A stretch of 61,212 bases of DNA from Burkholderiales bacterium (GTDB taxonomy: Bacteria > Pseudomonadota > Gammaproteobacteria > Burkholderiales > SHXO01), in assembly GCA_046160525.1 (NCBI GenBank), contig JBJXGQ010000084.1, positions 1 through 61,212 on the forward strand. Direction: 5' to 3'. The notes beneath the pieces are model-generated. The model was not told the DNA's origin and searched no databases. It saw nothing but the letters and a program-made list of their open reading frames with translations. Made by a program: the position numbers and the translations under genes. Shown piece after piece: positions 1 through 12,756 of the stretch (positions within the stretch are counted from its first letter, which is position 1; the number at the start of each line of letters is the position of its first letter).

Positions 1-136
1 AGGCCAGCGCTTTGCCTTCAGCTTCCTCCAGATTCGCAGTCGCCCGCGACACCCTTGCCGTTCGGCTAACTCTTCCCCCTGCCGGGTGAGTAGAGGACTT
101 TCACCTCCAAGTGAATGCACCCTGCCGCGCGCACCA

Positions 137-163
137 AAAGAAAAAAGCGGCCGTAGCCGCTTT
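137..163 (-). terminator. Rho-independent terminator after the atp operon
   Basis: 8-bp stem AAAGCGGC/GCCGCTTT (144-151 and 156-163) with a 4-nt loop. On the minus strand it is followed by TTTCTTTTGG. It lies 60 nt downstream of the atpC stop. Confidence 0.7.
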
Positions 164-224
164 CTCAACCCCTGAGGGATATTATTATTAGCTGTTGTTA
201 TTGGTTATTCGGTGATGTGCCCCG

Positions 225-644
225 CTACTTTCGTCTTAGCTTACGAATGGCGGCAAGCTGGGCTGCAAGGGTGGCGATTTCCGCTTCGACCGTTGCCAGC
301 TCTTGCTTGTCTTGCGCCTTCAATTTCGCTTCTTGCGCGCGGGTGATGGCTTCGTTGGCCTTGGCTTCATCGAGGTCGTGGCCCCGAATGGCGGTGTCCG
401 CCAATACCGTGACAACCTTGGGCTGCACTTCGAGTATGCCGCCCGCCACGAAGATCAATTCCTCTTCTCCGCCGTTAGCCGGTTTGATTCGCACCGCGCC
501 AGGCTTGATTCGGGTGATAAGCGGCGTGTGGCGCGGGTAGATACCCAGCTCTCCGGATTCTCCAGGCAACACGACAAACTCGGCTTCGCCCGAGTAGATC
601 GCCTTCTCCGCGCTTACAACATCGACATGTAGAGTATTAGCCAT
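225..644 (-). CDS. atpC: F1 ATP synthase epsilon subunit
   Basis: 139-aa ORF. N-terminus [28 protein letters not shown] is typical of epsilon. It is the last gene in the canonical atp order. Confidence 0.95.
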   Translation of the reverse strand: MANTLHVDVVSAEKAIYSGEAEFVVLPGESGELGIYPRHTPLITRIKPGAVRIKPANGGEEELIFVAGGILEVQPKVVTVLADTAIRGHDLDEAKANEAITRAQEAKLKAQDKQELATVEAEIATLAAQLAAIRKLRRK

Positions 645-650
645 CGTTTT

Positions 651-689
651 CGTGAGGCGTGAGGCGTTAGGCGTGAGGCGCGAGGCGAG
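651..689. repeat. Tandem heptamer repeat, 5.5 copies of CGTGAGG (variants CGTTAGG, CGCGAGG)
   Basis: Read directly: cgtgagg cgtgagg cgttagg cgtgagg cgcgagg cgag. It fills most of the 57-nt atpD-atpC spacer. Confidence 0.9.
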
Positions 690-701
690 TCATACACATC
701 C

Positions 702-2129
<1,428 letters not shown>

Positions 2130-2138
2130 TCAAATTCG

Positions 2139-3002
2139 TTATACCGCCGCCGCGCCGCCAACGATCTCCGCAAGCTCCTTGGTGATGGCGGCTTGGCGGG
2201 TCTTGTTATAGATCAAGGTGAGTTCGTCGATGACGGTGCCAGCGTTGTCCGAGGCGGCCTTCATGGCCACCATGCGCGCCGACTGTTCCGAGGCCATATT
2301 CTCCGAGAGCGCTTGGTAGATGATGGCCTCGATGTAGCGGGTGAGGGCTTGATCGAGCACCAGCTTCGCATCGGGTTCGTAGATGTAATCCCAGTTGCCT
2401 TCCGGTGCGCCCAGCGTTTCGCCGGACAAGGGCAGCACTTGCTCCATGACCGGCTCTTGCTTCATGGTGTTGATGAACTTGGTGTAGAAGATCATCAAGC
2501 GGTCGAAGCGGTCGTTCGTATAGCCATCGAGCATAACCTTCACGGCGCCGATCAATTTCTCCATCTGCGGGCGGTCGCCCAGGCCCGTGACGTGGGACAC
2601 GATGTTAGCTCCCAGGCGCTGCATGAAGCCCATGCCCTTGTTGCCAATGCAACTGACTTCCATCTCCTCGCCCTGGGATTCCCACTCTTTGTATTGATTG
2701 AGTGCCAGGCGCAGCACATTGGTGTTCAAGCCGCCGCACAATCCCTTGTCGGTGGTGATGACAATGATCCCCACGCGCTGAACCGTGTCTCGCGCCACCA
2801 GGAAGGGATGACGGTATTCCGGATTGGCGTGGGAAATGTGGGCGGCCACGTTGCGAATCTTCTCCGCGTAGGGGCGGCCCGCACGCATGCGCTCCTGCGC
2901 CTTGCGCATCTTGGAGGCCGCGACCATTTCCATGGCCTTGGTGATCTTGCGCGTATTTTGTACGCTCTTGATCTTGGTCCGTATTTCTTTTGAGCTTGGC
3001 AT
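2139..3002 (-). CDS. atpG: F1 ATP synthase gamma subunit
   Basis: 287 aa. N-terminus [32 protein letters not shown] is the gamma signature. Confidence 0.97.
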   Translation of the reverse strand: MPSSKEIRTKIKSVQNTRKITKAMEMVAASKMRKAQERMRAGRPYAEKIRNVAAHISHANPEYRHPFLVARDTVQRVGIIVITTDKGLCGGLNTNVLRLALNQYKEWESQGEEMEVSCIGNKGMGFMQRLGANIVSHVTGLGDRPQMEKLIGAVKVMLDGYTNDRFDRLMIFYTKFINTMKQEPVMEQVLPLSGETLGAPEGNWDYIYEPDAKLVLDQALTRYIEAIIYQALSENMASEQSARMVAMKAASDNAGTVIDELTLIYNKTRQAAITKELAEIVGGAAAV

Positions 3003-3014
3003 GGCCGTGGTGAA

Positions 3015-4559
3015 TTAGAACGAGCCGTTCTTCTTCCAGTCCTTGATAGCTTCGTGCAGTTTCTTCTCGTCGTCGGCCGAAAGATCCTTGGTGGATTCGA
3101 TGCGGTCCACAAGATCGCCGTACTTGCTCTTGCAATGCTCGCGCATGGAACGCTCGGCCGCCAGGGCCTTCTTCACGTCGACGTCGTCGAAGTAGCCGTG
3201 ATTCACGCCAAACAGCGTGAGGGCCATTTCCCACACGGCGAGTGGCTGATACTGAGGTTGCTTCATGAGTTCGGTGACCAAGCGCCCACGCTCCAATTGC
3301 TTACGAGTGGCTTCGTCCAAGTCCGAGGCAAACTGCGCGAAGGCGGCGAGTTCGCGATACTGCGCCAGCGCCAGGCGCACGCCACCACCCAACTTCTTGA
3401 TGACTTTTGTTTGCGCGGCACCGCCCACCCTAGATACGGAAACACCGGCGTTGATGGCGGGGCGCACACCGGCATTGAACAAATCGGTTTCCAGGAAAAT
3501 CTGCCCGTCGGTAATGGAGATTACGTTGGTAGGTACGAAGGCCGACACGTCACCCGCTTGGGTTTCGATGATCGGTAAGGCCGTGAGCGAGCCTGTTTTG
3601 CCTTTGACTGCGCCCTTGGTGAAGCGCTCAACCCAGGCTTCGTTCACGCGCGCGGCGCGCTCCAGCAAACGGCTGTGCAAATAAAACACGTCACCAGGAT
3701 AGGCTTCGCGGCCAGGAGGACGGCGCAGCAGCAGTGACACTTGGCGGTAAGCCCAGGCCTGCTTGGTCAAGTCGTCGTAAATGATCAAAGCGTCTTGGCC
3801 GCGATCGCGGAAATACTCGCCCATGGTGCACCCGGAGTAGGGCGCGATGTATTGCATGGCCGCCGATTCGGATGCTGTGGAGGCCACCACGATGGTGTAC
3901 GCCATGGCGCCATGCTCTTCGAGCTTGCGCACCACATTCACGACAGTGGATGCCTTTTGGCCGATCGCAACGTAGATGCAGATGAGATCCTTGCCCTTTT
4001 GGTTGATGATGGTGTCGATAGCCACCGCGGTCTTGCCGGTTTGCCGGTCACCAATAATCAGTTCGCGCTGGCCACGGCCGACCGGCACCATGGAGTCGAT
4101 GGACTTCAATCCCGTTTGCACCGGCTGGGAAACGGATTTTCTCCAAATCACCCCAGGGGCAACTTTCTCGATGACGTCGGACTCTTTGGCGTTCACGGGG
4201 CCCTTGCCGTCGATGGGCTGGCCCAGGGAGTTCACGACTCTTCCGATCAATTCGGGACCGACGGGCACGGAGAGAATTTGGCCCGTGCACTTGACGGTGT
4301 CGCCCTCGGAGATATGCTCATAGGGCCCAAGGACCACGGAGCCCACGGAGTCACGCTCCAAGTTCAGCGCCATGCCAAAAGTGTTACCCGGAAATTCCAG
4401 CATCTCGCCTTGCATGACGTCGGAGAGCCCGTGAACGCGGCAAATACCGTCGGTAACGGATACCACGGTTCCTTGCGTGCGAATGTCGGCGGAGAGCGCA
4501 AGATTCTGGATCTTGCTGCGGATCAGATCGCTGATCTCGGAAGATTTGAGCTGTTGCAT
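3015..4559 (-). CDS. atpA: F1 ATP synthase alpha subunit
   Basis: 514 aa. Walker A GDRQTGKT; alpha-subunit similarity along the whole length. Confidence 0.98.
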   Translation of the reverse strand: MQQLKSSEISDLIRSKIQNLALSADIRTQGTVVSVTDGICRVHGLSDVMQGEMLEFPGNTFGMALNLERDSVGSVVLGPYEHISEGDTVKCTGQILSVPVGPELIGRVVNSLGQPIDGKGPVNAKESDVIEKVAPGVIWRKSVSQPVQTGLKSIDSMVPVGRGQRELIIGDRQTGKTAVAIDTIINQKGKDLICIYVAIGQKASTVVNVVRKLEEHGAMAYTIVVASTASESAAMQYIAPYSGCTMGEYFRDRGQDALIIYDDLTKQAWAYRQVSLLLRRPPGREAYPGDVFYLHSRLLERAARVNEAWVERFTKGAVKGKTGSLTALPIIETQAGDVSAFVPTNVISITDGQIFLETDLFNAGVRPAINAGVSVSRVGGAAQTKVIKKLGGGVRLALAQYRELAAFAQFASDLDEATRKQLERGRLVTELMKQPQYQPLAVWEMALTLFGVNHGYFDDVDVKKALAAERSMREHCKSKYGDLVDRIESTKDLSADDEKKLHEAIKDWKKNGSF

Positions 4560-4571
4560 TGTGATTTCCTC

Positions 4572-5108
4572 TTAATTCTTGAGAGCCGATGCCATGGCGG
4601 CGAGTTTGCCGCGCACTGTACCGTCGATGACTTCATCACCCACGCGTACGCGAACGCCACCGATGAGTTCCGAGTCGACCGATACCACGGGTTGTACTTT
4701 GCGTTTGAAGCGGACTTCCAAATCCGCCACCAGGGCGGCCAACTGCGCATCGTCCATGGGGAATGCGGAGGTGACATGGGCCTCGACCTGGCCTTCGCGT
4801 TCGCGCTTGAGCGCGGCGAAAAGATTCCTTACCTCGGGCAGTGCCGTGAGGCGGCGGTTCTCGATCAAAACTCGCACGAGATTTTGCGCCTCGGCATTCA
4901 GGGCATTGCCACACGCCGCGGCAAACACGCCGTATACCTGATCAGCGGAAATATTTGGATTGCCGGTTACCGCTTGCATGCTGTCATTGGCGGCAACGGC
5001 AGCCATGGTTTCCAAGCGCTGCGACCACTCGTCCAGCTTTCCGGAAGCGTTTGCCAGATCGAAGAGCGCCTCTGCGTAGGGACGGGCGATGGTGATGACT
5101 TCCGCCAC
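4572..5108 (-). CDS. atpH: F1 ATP synthase delta (OSCP) subunit
   Basis: 178 aa in the position between atpF and atpA. GTG start shares 1 nt with the atpF stop (TAGTG). Confidence 0.9.
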   Translation of the reverse strand: MAEVITIARPYAEALFDLANASGKLDEWSQRLETMAAVAANDSMQAVTGNPNISADQVYGVFAAACGNALNAEAQNLVRVLIENRRLTALPEVRNLFAALKREREGQVEAHVTSAFPMDDAQLAALVADLEVRFKRKVQPVVSVDSELIGGVRVRVGDEVIDGTVRGKLAAMASALKN

Positions 5109-5581
5109 TAGCGAATTTCCTGGCGTAGCTGAGAGAGCAAATCGGCGTGCGCTTGCGCGTTCACTTCGCGGCGGAGGATTTTTTCCGCCCCGGTTACCGC
5201 CAGATTGGCGACTTGTTCCCGAAGCTGTTCCTTGGCACGCGAGATCTGCTGCTCAATTTCGGATTGGGCGGCCGCTTTTTCGCGGTTTCCTTCTTCACGT
5301 GCGGCTGATTTCGCTTCTTCGATCATCTGAGCCACGCGCCTTTCAGCGGCAGCTATGATGTCGGCCGCCCGTTCGCGTGCTTCCTTGAGGGATTGATCGG
5401 CTTGCTTGGAGGAGACTTCGAGGGCCTGCCGGCCTTTGTCGGCGGCGGCAAGGCCGTCGGCGATGGTCTTCTGCCGCGTTTCGATGGCACGCGTGAGCGG
5501 CGGCCAAATGTACTTCGCCGTGAACCAGACGAAGATGAAGAACGCGATCGCCTGGGAGATAAGCGTGAGGTTGATATTCAT
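5108..5581 (-). CDS. atpF: Fo ATP synthase b subunit
   Basis: 157 aa. N-terminal TM helix followed by a long charged helix; correct operon position. Confidence 0.9.
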   Translation of the reverse strand: MNINLTLISQAIAFFIFVWFTAKYIWPPLTRAIETRQKTIADGLAAADKGRQALEVSSKQADQSLKEARERAADIIAAAERRVAQMIEEAKSAAREEGNREKAAAQSEIEQQISRAKEQLREQVANLAVTGAEKILRREVNAQAHADLLSQLRQEIR

Positions 5582-5605
5582 ATGCCGAGTCCCGGCCTAA
5601 GCCAA

Positions 5606-5890
<285 letters not shown>

Positions 5891-5929
5891 TTATGTATTC
5901 CTTTCTGCTTTTGAGTTAACGGTGACTAA

Positions 5930-6727
5930 TTAATGGGATTCATGCGCCATCGAGATGTACACGACGGTCAGCATCATGAAAATGAAGGCCTGCAACAACA
6001 CGATAAGGATGTGGAAAATCGCCCAGCCCGCGCCTAACACGGCGCCAAAGACAGTACCCGCCAATCCCGTGGCGGCCCACATGCCTAGCAACAGGAAGAT
6101 AATTTCGCCGGCATAGATATTCCCGTACAAGCGCAGTGAGTGGGACAGCGGCTTGGAGATGTACTCCACCAAGTTGAACAGGAAGTTGAAGGGCCACAAC
6201 AAGAAATTGGAACCGAAGGGCGAACAAAACAGCTCATGGATCCATCCGCCCACACCTTTGATCTTCAGGTTGTAGTAGATCATCATAAGCCAGACGGATA
6301 TGGCCAGCGCGAAAGTGGTGTTTACATCAGCCGTGGGAACCGCGCGAAAGCCGTGTTCGGAGATGTGGTGAGTGCCCGCGGCCAGCCAATCCACGGGTAT
6401 GAAATCCATGGAGTTCATCAACACGACCCAGACGAAAACGGTGAGGGCCAGCGGTGCCACAAACGCCCGGTTGCCGTGGAATATGCCCTTGACTTGATCG
6501 TCGATGAAATCGAAGACGATTTCGACGAATGCTTGGCGCTTGGTAGGAACGCCAGATGTTGCCCCTTTCGATATCCACCAGAGGAATCCGAAACCCAGCA
6601 CGCCCAGTATTACCGCAACCGCGAAGGTGTCGACATGCAATGTCCAAAAGGGACTGTCACCAAACGATTTGGTGAAGTTGGACAGATGATGGTTGATGTA
6701 ACTTGTAGGGGTCAGCTCTGCTGCCAT
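5930..6727 (-). CDS. atpB: Fo ATP synthase a subunit
   Basis: 265 aa, polytopic. Conserved [12 protein letters not shown] motif containing the essential Arg. Confidence 0.95.
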   Translation of the reverse strand: MAAELTPTSYINHHLSNFTKSFGDSPFWTLHVDTFAVAVILGVLGFGFLWWISKGATSGVPTKRQAFVEIVFDFIDDQVKGIFHGNRAFVAPLALTVFVWVVLMNSMDFIPVDWLAAGTHHISEHGFRAVPTADVNTTFALAISVWLMMIYYNLKIKGVGGWIHELFCSPFGSNFLLWPFNFLFNLVEYISKPLSHSLRLYGNIYAGEIIFLLLGMWAATGLAGTVFGAVLGAGWAIFHILIVLLQAFIFMMLTVVYISMAHESH

Positions 6728-6739
6728 CTGATAGATCGT

Positions 6740-7123
6740 TTACGTGTTGCTTCCTTGGGGCTCTCGCACCGCGATAGCCATGGAAAAAGTCAGAACCGAA
6801 ACTACGAACGTTACAAAAAAACCGCCTTTCGAGACGTCGCGAAAAGCCGTTAGCACCAGCCACAGCAAGAGAAGTATCAGGACGATTTTTACCGCTTCCG
6901 CCCTGAGCATCAACCGAAGCGCCGATCCCACTGGCCCCACCTTAGCGCGGCTTATGATCATGCCATAGGCCGCCCCCGCCAGAATTGGAACCGCTCCGCC
7001 AAGAACCGCGGATACCGCTCCGAGTATTCCCTGCCACGCTCCAAATCCCGCCGCACATGCCGCGGTTACCAGCACCTGCCAGCGCAGAACCGTCCGCAGG
7101 GGCTGGCTAGTGATTCGGCTCAA
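6740..7123 (-). CDS. atpI: ATP synthase protein I
   Basis: 127-aa small hydrophobic protein immediately upstream of atpB. Confidence 0.75.
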   Translation of the reverse strand: MSRITSQPLRTVLRWQVLVTAACAAGFGAWQGILGAVSAVLGGAVPILAGAAYGMIISRAKVGPVGSALRLMLRAEAVKIVLILLLLWLVLTAFRDVSKGGFFVTFVVSVLTFSMAIAVREPQGSNT

Positions 7124-7196
7124 TGTTTGAGGGGGTGGTAGCGAAGGGCCGCGATTCTAGCGGGGCTTGAGGCGCCGCGTCAAACGCTTGATGGCA

Positions 7197-8051
7197 TCAA
7201 GAGAAGTGCGCAAGGATGGTATCGAGCTGGTCGAGGCTAGTGTAATGGATCACGAGTTTGCCGCTCGTTTTCTTAGGTCCCGCTTTGATGAGGATCGTAG
7301 TGCCCAGCCGCTCGGAGAGTTCCTCTTGCAAGCGTAGGGTGTCGCGGTCTTGGCGGCGATGGGCGCCATGTTTGGCCGCGCGCCTGGGATCGAGTAGGCC
7401 TTTCACCAATCGCTCTGTGTCTCGTACGGACAGACCGCGTTGGGCGATTAGTTGCGCGCTTTCAACTTGCCGGGCCCCCTCCAGTGGCAGCAATGCGCGC
7501 GCATGTCCCATATCGAGCTTGCCCTCCATGAGCAATTCGCGCACTGGCGCCGATAGGGAAAGCAAGCGCAGTAGATTGCTCACTGCGCTACGCGAGCGGC
7601 CCACGGCCTGGGCCGCGCTGTCGTGAGTCATGTGAAACTCGTCTATGAGGCGCTGGATGCCACCGGCCTCCTCGATGGGATTGAGGTCTTCGCGCTGGAT
7701 ATTTTCGATGAGTGCCATGGACAAGGCACTTTCGTCGGGAATCTCGCGCACGAGCACCGGTACAGAACTAAGGCCCGCTTCCTGGCTCGCACGCCAGCGG
7801 CGTTCTCCAGCGATGATTTCGTATTGATTGGGCCCCACCGGTCGCACCAATATGGGCTGTAGCACTCCCTGGCGGCGGATGGACTCCGCTAGCTCGGAAA
7901 TGGAGGCGGGATCCATTCGGGTGCGCGGCTGAAACTTCCCCGGCCGCAGAAAACTCACGGGCAGTTCGAACAGGCTGTCGGTTTTGGCGGCGTCCTCATC
8001 GCTGCCTAGGAGGGCGTCGAGTCCGCGCCCGAGTCCTTTCGTCTTGATCAT
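7197..8051 (-). CDS. parB: Chromosome partitioning protein ParB
   Basis: 284 aa. GLGRGLDALLG N-terminus, ParB/Srx box (IAGERRWRAS) and HTH. Overlaps parA by 4 nt. Confidence 0.95.
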   Translation of the reverse strand: MIKTKGLGRGLDALLGSDEDAAKTDSLFELPVSFLRPGKFQPRTRMDPASISELAESIRRQGVLQPILVRPVGPNQYEIIAGERRWRASQEAGLSSVPVLVREIPDESALSMALIENIQREDLNPIEEAGGIQRLIDEFHMTHDSAAQAVGRSRSAVSNLLRLLSLSAPVRELLMEGKLDMGHARALLPLEGARQVESAQLIAQRGLSVRDTERLVKGLLDPRRAAKHGAHRRQDRDTLRLQEELSERLGTTILIKAGPKKTSGKLVIHYTSLDQLDTILAHFS

Positions 8052-8812
8052 GCGGTGGCCCGGTTCAAAACTTCGCCAGCGAGGGTGATGTACGCTTGGG
8101 CGCCTTTGGATTGCCGGTCCATGGACACTGCGGGCATCCCGAAGCTAGGCGCCTCGGCCAATCTTATGTTGCGCGGAATGACCGTGCGGTAGACCTTATC
8201 GCCGAAATGTTGCTGCAGCTCCTTGGATACTTGGTGCGCGAGCGTATTGCGAGGATCGTACATGGTGCGAAGCAATCCTTCGATTTCCAACTTTGGATTC
8301 AGATGCTGCCGGATGCGGCGGATGGTCTGTACCAGATCCGATAAACCTTCCAAGGCGTAGTACTCGCATTGCATGGGAATGAGAACGGATTGCGCGGCGC
8401 ACAGCCCGTTGACCGTGATGAGATTCAGGGCGGGAGGACAATCGATGATGATGTAGTCATAGCTCTCCTGTACTTCCAGTAAGCTCTCGCGAAGCTTGGT
8501 CTCGCGCGAATCTACGTCCACCAATTCGATTTCCGCGCCCGCCAGTTCGCGGTTGGCGGGGAGAACATCGAAGCCTCCGGGCGCCGTCAGACGCGCGCCA
8601 GAGACGGACATGTTGCTCACGAGGCAATGATAAACGGAGGCTTTGAGCTGGCGTTTGTCGATACCGCTTCCCGTGGTGGCATTGCCTTGGGGATCGAGAT
8701 CCACCAGCAATACGCGACGGCTCGCGAGTGCCAAGCTTGCCGCGAGGTTGACGCTTGTTGTGGTCTTACCCACCCCGCCTTTTTGGTTGGCTACGGCAAG
8801 AATCCGCGTCAT
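8048..8812 (-). CDS. parA: Chromosome partitioning ATPase ParA (Soj)
   Basis: 254 aa. Deviant Walker A NQKGGVGKTTT. Confidence 0.95.
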   Translation of the reverse strand: MTRILAVANQKGGVGKTTTSVNLAASLALASRRVLLVDLDPQGNATTGSGIDKRQLKASVYHCLVSNMSVSGARLTAPGGFDVLPANRELAGAEIELVDVDSRETKLRESLLEVQESYDYIIIDCPPALNLITVNGLCAAQSVLIPMQCEYYALEGLSDLVQTIRRIRQHLNPKLEIEGLLRTMYDPRNTLAHQVSKELQQHFGDKVYRTVIPRNIRLAEAPSFGMPAVSMDRQSKGAQAYITLAGEVLNRATA

Positions 8813-9450
8813 ACCGGCTCCTGAGACAGGTGCATCTTTATCACCACCAGATGCCGCTCAGCACTCACACCCGGAACCGCGAGCCGAATAATTTTCTCGG
8901 CGTTTGCATAGGAAGGAAGTTGTTCAAGTTCTTCATTTGGATGAATACCTTTCATCGCCAGCAGGATTCCTTCCGAGAGAATGAGGTGGCGCGAAACCGC
9001 GCAAAAAGTCTTTAGGTCCGAGAACGCGCGCGAGACAATCACGGAAAATCTATCATTCCGCTCGTAGGTTTCAGCCCGCGCCAAGACCACCTCCACATTA
9101 CCCAAACCTAGCTCTGCCACGGCCTGGCGCACAAAAGCGGTCTTCTTGTGATTGCTGTCGAGAAGCACCACTCTTAAGTCCGGGCGCGCGATAGCCAAGG
9201 GAATTCCGGGCAGTCCAGGACCCGTTCCCACATCGAGGAGAGAGTCTCCTGAAAGATGGGGCGCAATCGCCAAGCTGTCGAGTAAGTGGTGGGAAACCAA
9301 TTTCTCGTCTTCGCGAATTGCGGTGAGGTTGTACACCTGATTCCATTTCTTCAACAACTCCAAGTACTGAAGAAGCAAGGTTTCCTGAGGGGTGGACAAG
9401 GCCACCTTCAGCGCGGCAGCGCCTTCCTGCAATTCCAGCGCTGAAATCAT
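8809..9450 (-). CDS. rsmG: 16S rRNA (guanine527-N7)-methyltransferase
   Basis: 213 aa. SAM motif [17 protein letters not shown]; sits between mnmG and parA. Confidence 0.93.
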   Translation of the reverse strand: MISALELQEGAAALKVALSTPQETLLLQYLELLKKWNQVYNLTAIREDEKLVSHHLLDSLAIAPHLSGDSLLDVGTGPGLPGIPLAIARPDLRVVLLDSNHKKTAFVRQAVAELGLGNVEVVLARAETYERNDRFSVIVSRAFSDLKTFCAVSRHLILSEGILLAMKGIHPNEELEQLPSYANAEKIIRLAVPGVSAERHLVVIKMHLSQEPV

Positions 9451-11378
9451 CCGCCGTGGAGTGAAAGTCTTACCGAAGCTGAGTTGGCGGCGCTGCTCCC
9501 GGTCCTGAGGGTACCGCGCTTCAAATGCACCAAGAGGAGCGAAATGGCTGCGGGTGTAACCCCCGAGATACGGCTAGCCTGGCCAACCGTCTCGGGTTGC
9601 TGCTGAGTGAGCTTTTGCTGGATTTCAGTGGATAAACCTCGCACCTGCGAATAGTCCAGTCCCTGGGGTAATTTAAGATGCTCATTGGCAACCTGGCGCC
9701 CGACTTCGTCTTCTTGACGGCTTATATATCCTTGATATTTAATCTGTATTTCCACTTGTTCAGCGGCTATAGGATCGTCCAGGCCCGGCCCGGCGGCGCT
9801 TACCTGCATGAGCCTTGAATAGCTAACCTCGGGGCGCCGTAGAAGTTCTTCCAAGGAGTATTCTCGCTCCAACCTCTGGCCAAAAACGGCTTCCGCCTGT
9901 GCATCTCCAATCAGTTTAGGCGACACCCAAGTGGACTTAAGTCTTTGTCTTTCCAATTCTATTTTTTCCCTCTTGGCCTCGAAGGCTTGCCACCTTGGCT
10001 GGTCTACAAGGCCTAGGGCGTGGCCAACTTCGGTCAGGCGCAGATCGGCGTTGTCCTCCCGCAGCATCAAGCGGTACTCCGCCCGCGAGGTGAACATCCG
10101 GTAGGGCTCGGACACGCCTCTTGTGATCAAATCATCCACGAGAACACCGATGTAGGCTTGACTGCGTCCCGGTGTCCAAGCTTCCATTTCTCGAACAGCC
10201 AATCCCGCGTTCAATCCGGCAAGTATCCCCTGCGCGGCGGCTTCTTCGTAACCCGTAGTGCCATTGATTTGGCCGGCGAAGAAGAGCCCTGATATCGCCT
10301 TGGTTTCCAGGGACACCTTCAAGGCGCGTGGATCGAAGTAGTCGTATTCGATGGCATATCCTGGCCGCAGGATATGGGCATTCTCCAATCCTTTGATCGA
10401 ACGGACTAAATCGTACTGGACATCGAAAGGAAGGCTCGTTGAGATTCCATTTGGGTAGAACTCGTTGGTAGTCAGTCCTTCGGGTTCCAGGAAGATCTGA
10501 TGACTATCCTTGGAGGCAAAGCGCACCACTTTGTCCTCTATCGATGGGCAATAACGCGGTCCAATGCCCTCGATGACGCCCGTAAACATGGGAGAACGGT
10601 CTAACCCGCTCCGGATGATGTCGTGAGTACGGGCGCTAGTATGGGTGATCCAACAGGGGATTTGAGCCGGATGCTGTTGGGGCCGCCCCATGAACGAAAA
10701 TACGGGCACCGGAACATCTCCCGGTTGCTCTGTCATGGCGGAGAAATCAATGGTGCGGCCATCGATTCTGGGTGGCGTTCCAGTCTTCAACCGCCCTACG
10801 GGAAGCTTCAGCTCGCGAAGTCTTGCCGCCAACGTCGCGGCAGGCTGGTCTCCCGCTCGGCCACCTTGGTAATTCCTTAGTCCTACGTGGATCAATCCGG
10901 CCAGGAAAGTTCCGGTAGTCAGAACAACGCAACGGCTTGAAAATGAGAGGCCGACTTGGGTCACAACTCCGGCAACCGTGTCTCCCTTCAACAGCAAGTC
11001 ATCCACGGCTTGCTGGAATAACCATAGGTTAGGTTGATTTTCCAAGCGCTTGCGAATGGCTTGGCGGTAGAGCACGCGATCAGCTTGGGCGCGAGTCGCT
11101 CGCACGGCGGGGCCCTTGGTGGCGTTCAATGTGCGGAACTGAATTCCCGCTTCGTCCGTTGCGGCCGCCATAGCGCCGCCCAAGGCATCGACTTCCTTCA
11201 CCAAATGGCCTTTGCCTATTCCACCGATGGAAGGGTTACAAGACATTTGGCCCAGGGTTTCAATACTGTGGGTTAGTAGGAGCGTGTTGCACCCCATTCG
11301 GGCTGCGGCCAGTGCGGCCTCTGTGCCGGCGTGGCCGCCACCTACCACGATCACATCAAAGTGCTTGGGAAAATCCAT
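9447..11378 (-). CDS. mnmG: tRNA uridine 5-carboxymethylaminomethyl modification enzyme MnmG (GidA)
   Basis: 643 aa. FAD motif [12 protein letters not shown]; full-length GidA similarity. Confidence 0.97.
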   Translation of the reverse strand: MDFPKHFDVIVVGGGHAGTEAALAAARMGCNTLLLTHSIETLGQMSCNPSIGGIGKGHLVKEVDALGGAMAAATDEAGIQFRTLNATKGPAVRATRAQADRVLYRQAIRKRLENQPNLWLFQQAVDDLLLKGDTVAGVVTQVGLSFSSRCVVLTTGTFLAGLIHVGLRNYQGGRAGDQPAATLAARLRELKLPVGRLKTGTPPRIDGRTIDFSAMTEQPGDVPVPVFSFMGRPQQHPAQIPCWITHTSARTHDIIRSGLDRSPMFTGVIEGIGPRYCPSIEDKVVRFASKDSHQIFLEPEGLTTNEFYPNGISTSLPFDVQYDLVRSIKGLENAHILRPGYAIEYDYFDPRALKVSLETKAISGLFFAGQINGTTGYEEAAAQGILAGLNAGLAVREMEAWTPGRSQAYIGVLVDDLITRGVSEPYRMFTSRAEYRLMLREDNADLRLTEVGHALGLVDQPRWQAFEAKREKIELERQRLKSTWVSPKLIGDAQAEAVFGQRLEREYSLEELLRRPEVSYSRLMQVSAAGPGLDDPIAAEQVEIQIKYQGYISRQEDEVGRQVANEHLKLPQGLDYSQVRGLSTEIQQKLTQQQPETVGQASRISGVTPAAISLLLVHLKRGTLRTGSSAANSASVRLSLHGG

Positions 11379-11413
11379 TTTGAACGCTCTTGAACCGAAG
11401 GGCTGATGATATA

Positions 11414-11429
11414 TGTTTCACGTGAAACA
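11414..11429. promoter_or_regulatory. parS centromere-like site (ParB binding)
   Basis: Perfect 16-bp palindrome TGTTTCACGTGAAACA. It matches the established parS consensus TGTTNCACGTGAAACA, lies in the mnmE-mnmG spacer and is 3.4 kb from parB. Confidence 0.85.
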
Positions 11430-11433
11430 AAGT

Positions 11434-12756
11434 CTACTTACCGATACAGTACCGGCTGAAGATCTCCCCCAGAAGATCATCGGAGGTATAGGCACCCACC
11501 ACCTTCGAGAGGGAGAGCTGCGCAAGCCTTAACTCCTCCGCAAACAACTCTCTGTTTTGGTATCGCTCCCTTGCGTTTTCTAGGTATGCCTTCGCCTCCC
11601 GGAGCGCACTAAGGTGACGTTCTCGCGCCATAAAAGCACCCTCCTCCGATTGAGTCCAACCAACGCTTTTCGCGAGCGCACTTCGCAGCAGCTCTAGGCC
11701 CTCTCCGGTCTTAGCGGATAAATATACCTTTACACCCGCTTCATCTTCGATAGTACGCGCGCTTTCACCGCAAAGATCGATCTTATTCACTACCGTCAAA
11801 ACAGGTGCGTCCGTGAGAAACCGCATCGGCTCTTCGATAGACCTGCCTTCCGTTACATTCAAAACAACGTCCGCTTGTTCAAGAGCTCGTAGCGTCCGGG
11901 CCATACCCATCTGCTCAAGGGGATCATTACTGTCGTGCAACCCTGCTGTGTCGAGAATCTCGAAAGGTAGCCCGTCCACGACGATTTGCTCCCGCAGAAC
12001 ATCGCGGGTCGTTCCTGGTATGTCCGAAACTATTGCCACATCATCCTCTGCCAACCTGTTTAGCAGACTGGATTTCCCTACGTTGGGCCTTCCCACCAAC
12101 ACCAGTTTTGCACCTTCGCGCAACCGGCTTCCTCGCCGGGCAGCCGCCAGCAGGCCCTCTAGAGTCGTTGTCGCCTGCTGCAAACCGCTCATTAACCTTG
12201 AAGTTGGCACCAACTCCAAGCCTTCCTCGGGAAAATCCATACTGGCTTCCACGAGGGCTCTAACTTCAATCAAGCGGTCGACTAGCCCGGCAATCTGCTT
12301 CGAAAACTCTCCTTGCAGGGAGCGAATTGCGCAACGGGCGGCCATCTCGGATTGCGCATCTATGAGATCTGCTACTGCCTCAGCCTGCGCCAAATCCAGG
12401 CGGTCGTTCAAGTATGCGCGCATCGTGAATTCACCGGGCTCCGCCAGCCGTGCCCCAAGCTCCACACATCGCCGAATAATGAGCTGCTGTACGACGGGCC
12501 CGCCGTGGCCTTGGAGCTCAAGCATGCTTTCGCCGGTGTAGGACTGGGGGCCAGGAAAGTAAATCGCCAAGCCTTGATCGATCACTTCGTCCTGGCTATT
12601 CAAGAACTTGCACAGCGTCGCATGCCTCGGTTTCAAAAGCCTGCGCAGGAAAGCCTGGATAAACGGCTCAATACCTGGCCCTGCAAGCCTAACTATCCCT
12701 ATAGCACCCCGCCCTCTCGCCGTCGCGGGCGCTACGATCAGATCAGGTCTTAACAT
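11434..12756 (-). CDS. mnmE: tRNA modification GTPase MnmE (TrmE)
   Basis: 440 aa. G1 motif GRPNVGKSSLLN and C-terminal CIGK. Confidence 0.96.
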   Translation of the reverse strand: MLRPDLIVAPATARGRGAIGIVRLAGPGIEPFIQAFLRRLLKPRHATLCKFLNSQDEVIDQGLAIYFPGPQSYTGESMLELQGHGGPVVQQLIIRRCVELGARLAEPGEFTMRAYLNDRLDLAQAEAVADLIDAQSEMAARCAIRSLQGEFSKQIAGLVDRLIEVRALVEASMDFPEEGLELVPTSRLMSGLQQATTTLEGLLAAARRGSRLREGAKLVLVGRPNVGKSSLLNRLAEDDVAIVSDIPGTTRDVLREQIVVDGLPFEILDTAGLHDSNDPLEQMGMARTLRALEQADVVLNVTEGRSIEEPMRFLTDAPVLTVVNKIDLCGESARTIEDEAGVKVYLSAKTGEGLELLRSALAKSVGWTQSEEGAFMARERHLSALREAKAYLENARERYQNRELFAEELRLAQLSLSKVVGAYTSDDLLGEIFSRYCIGK

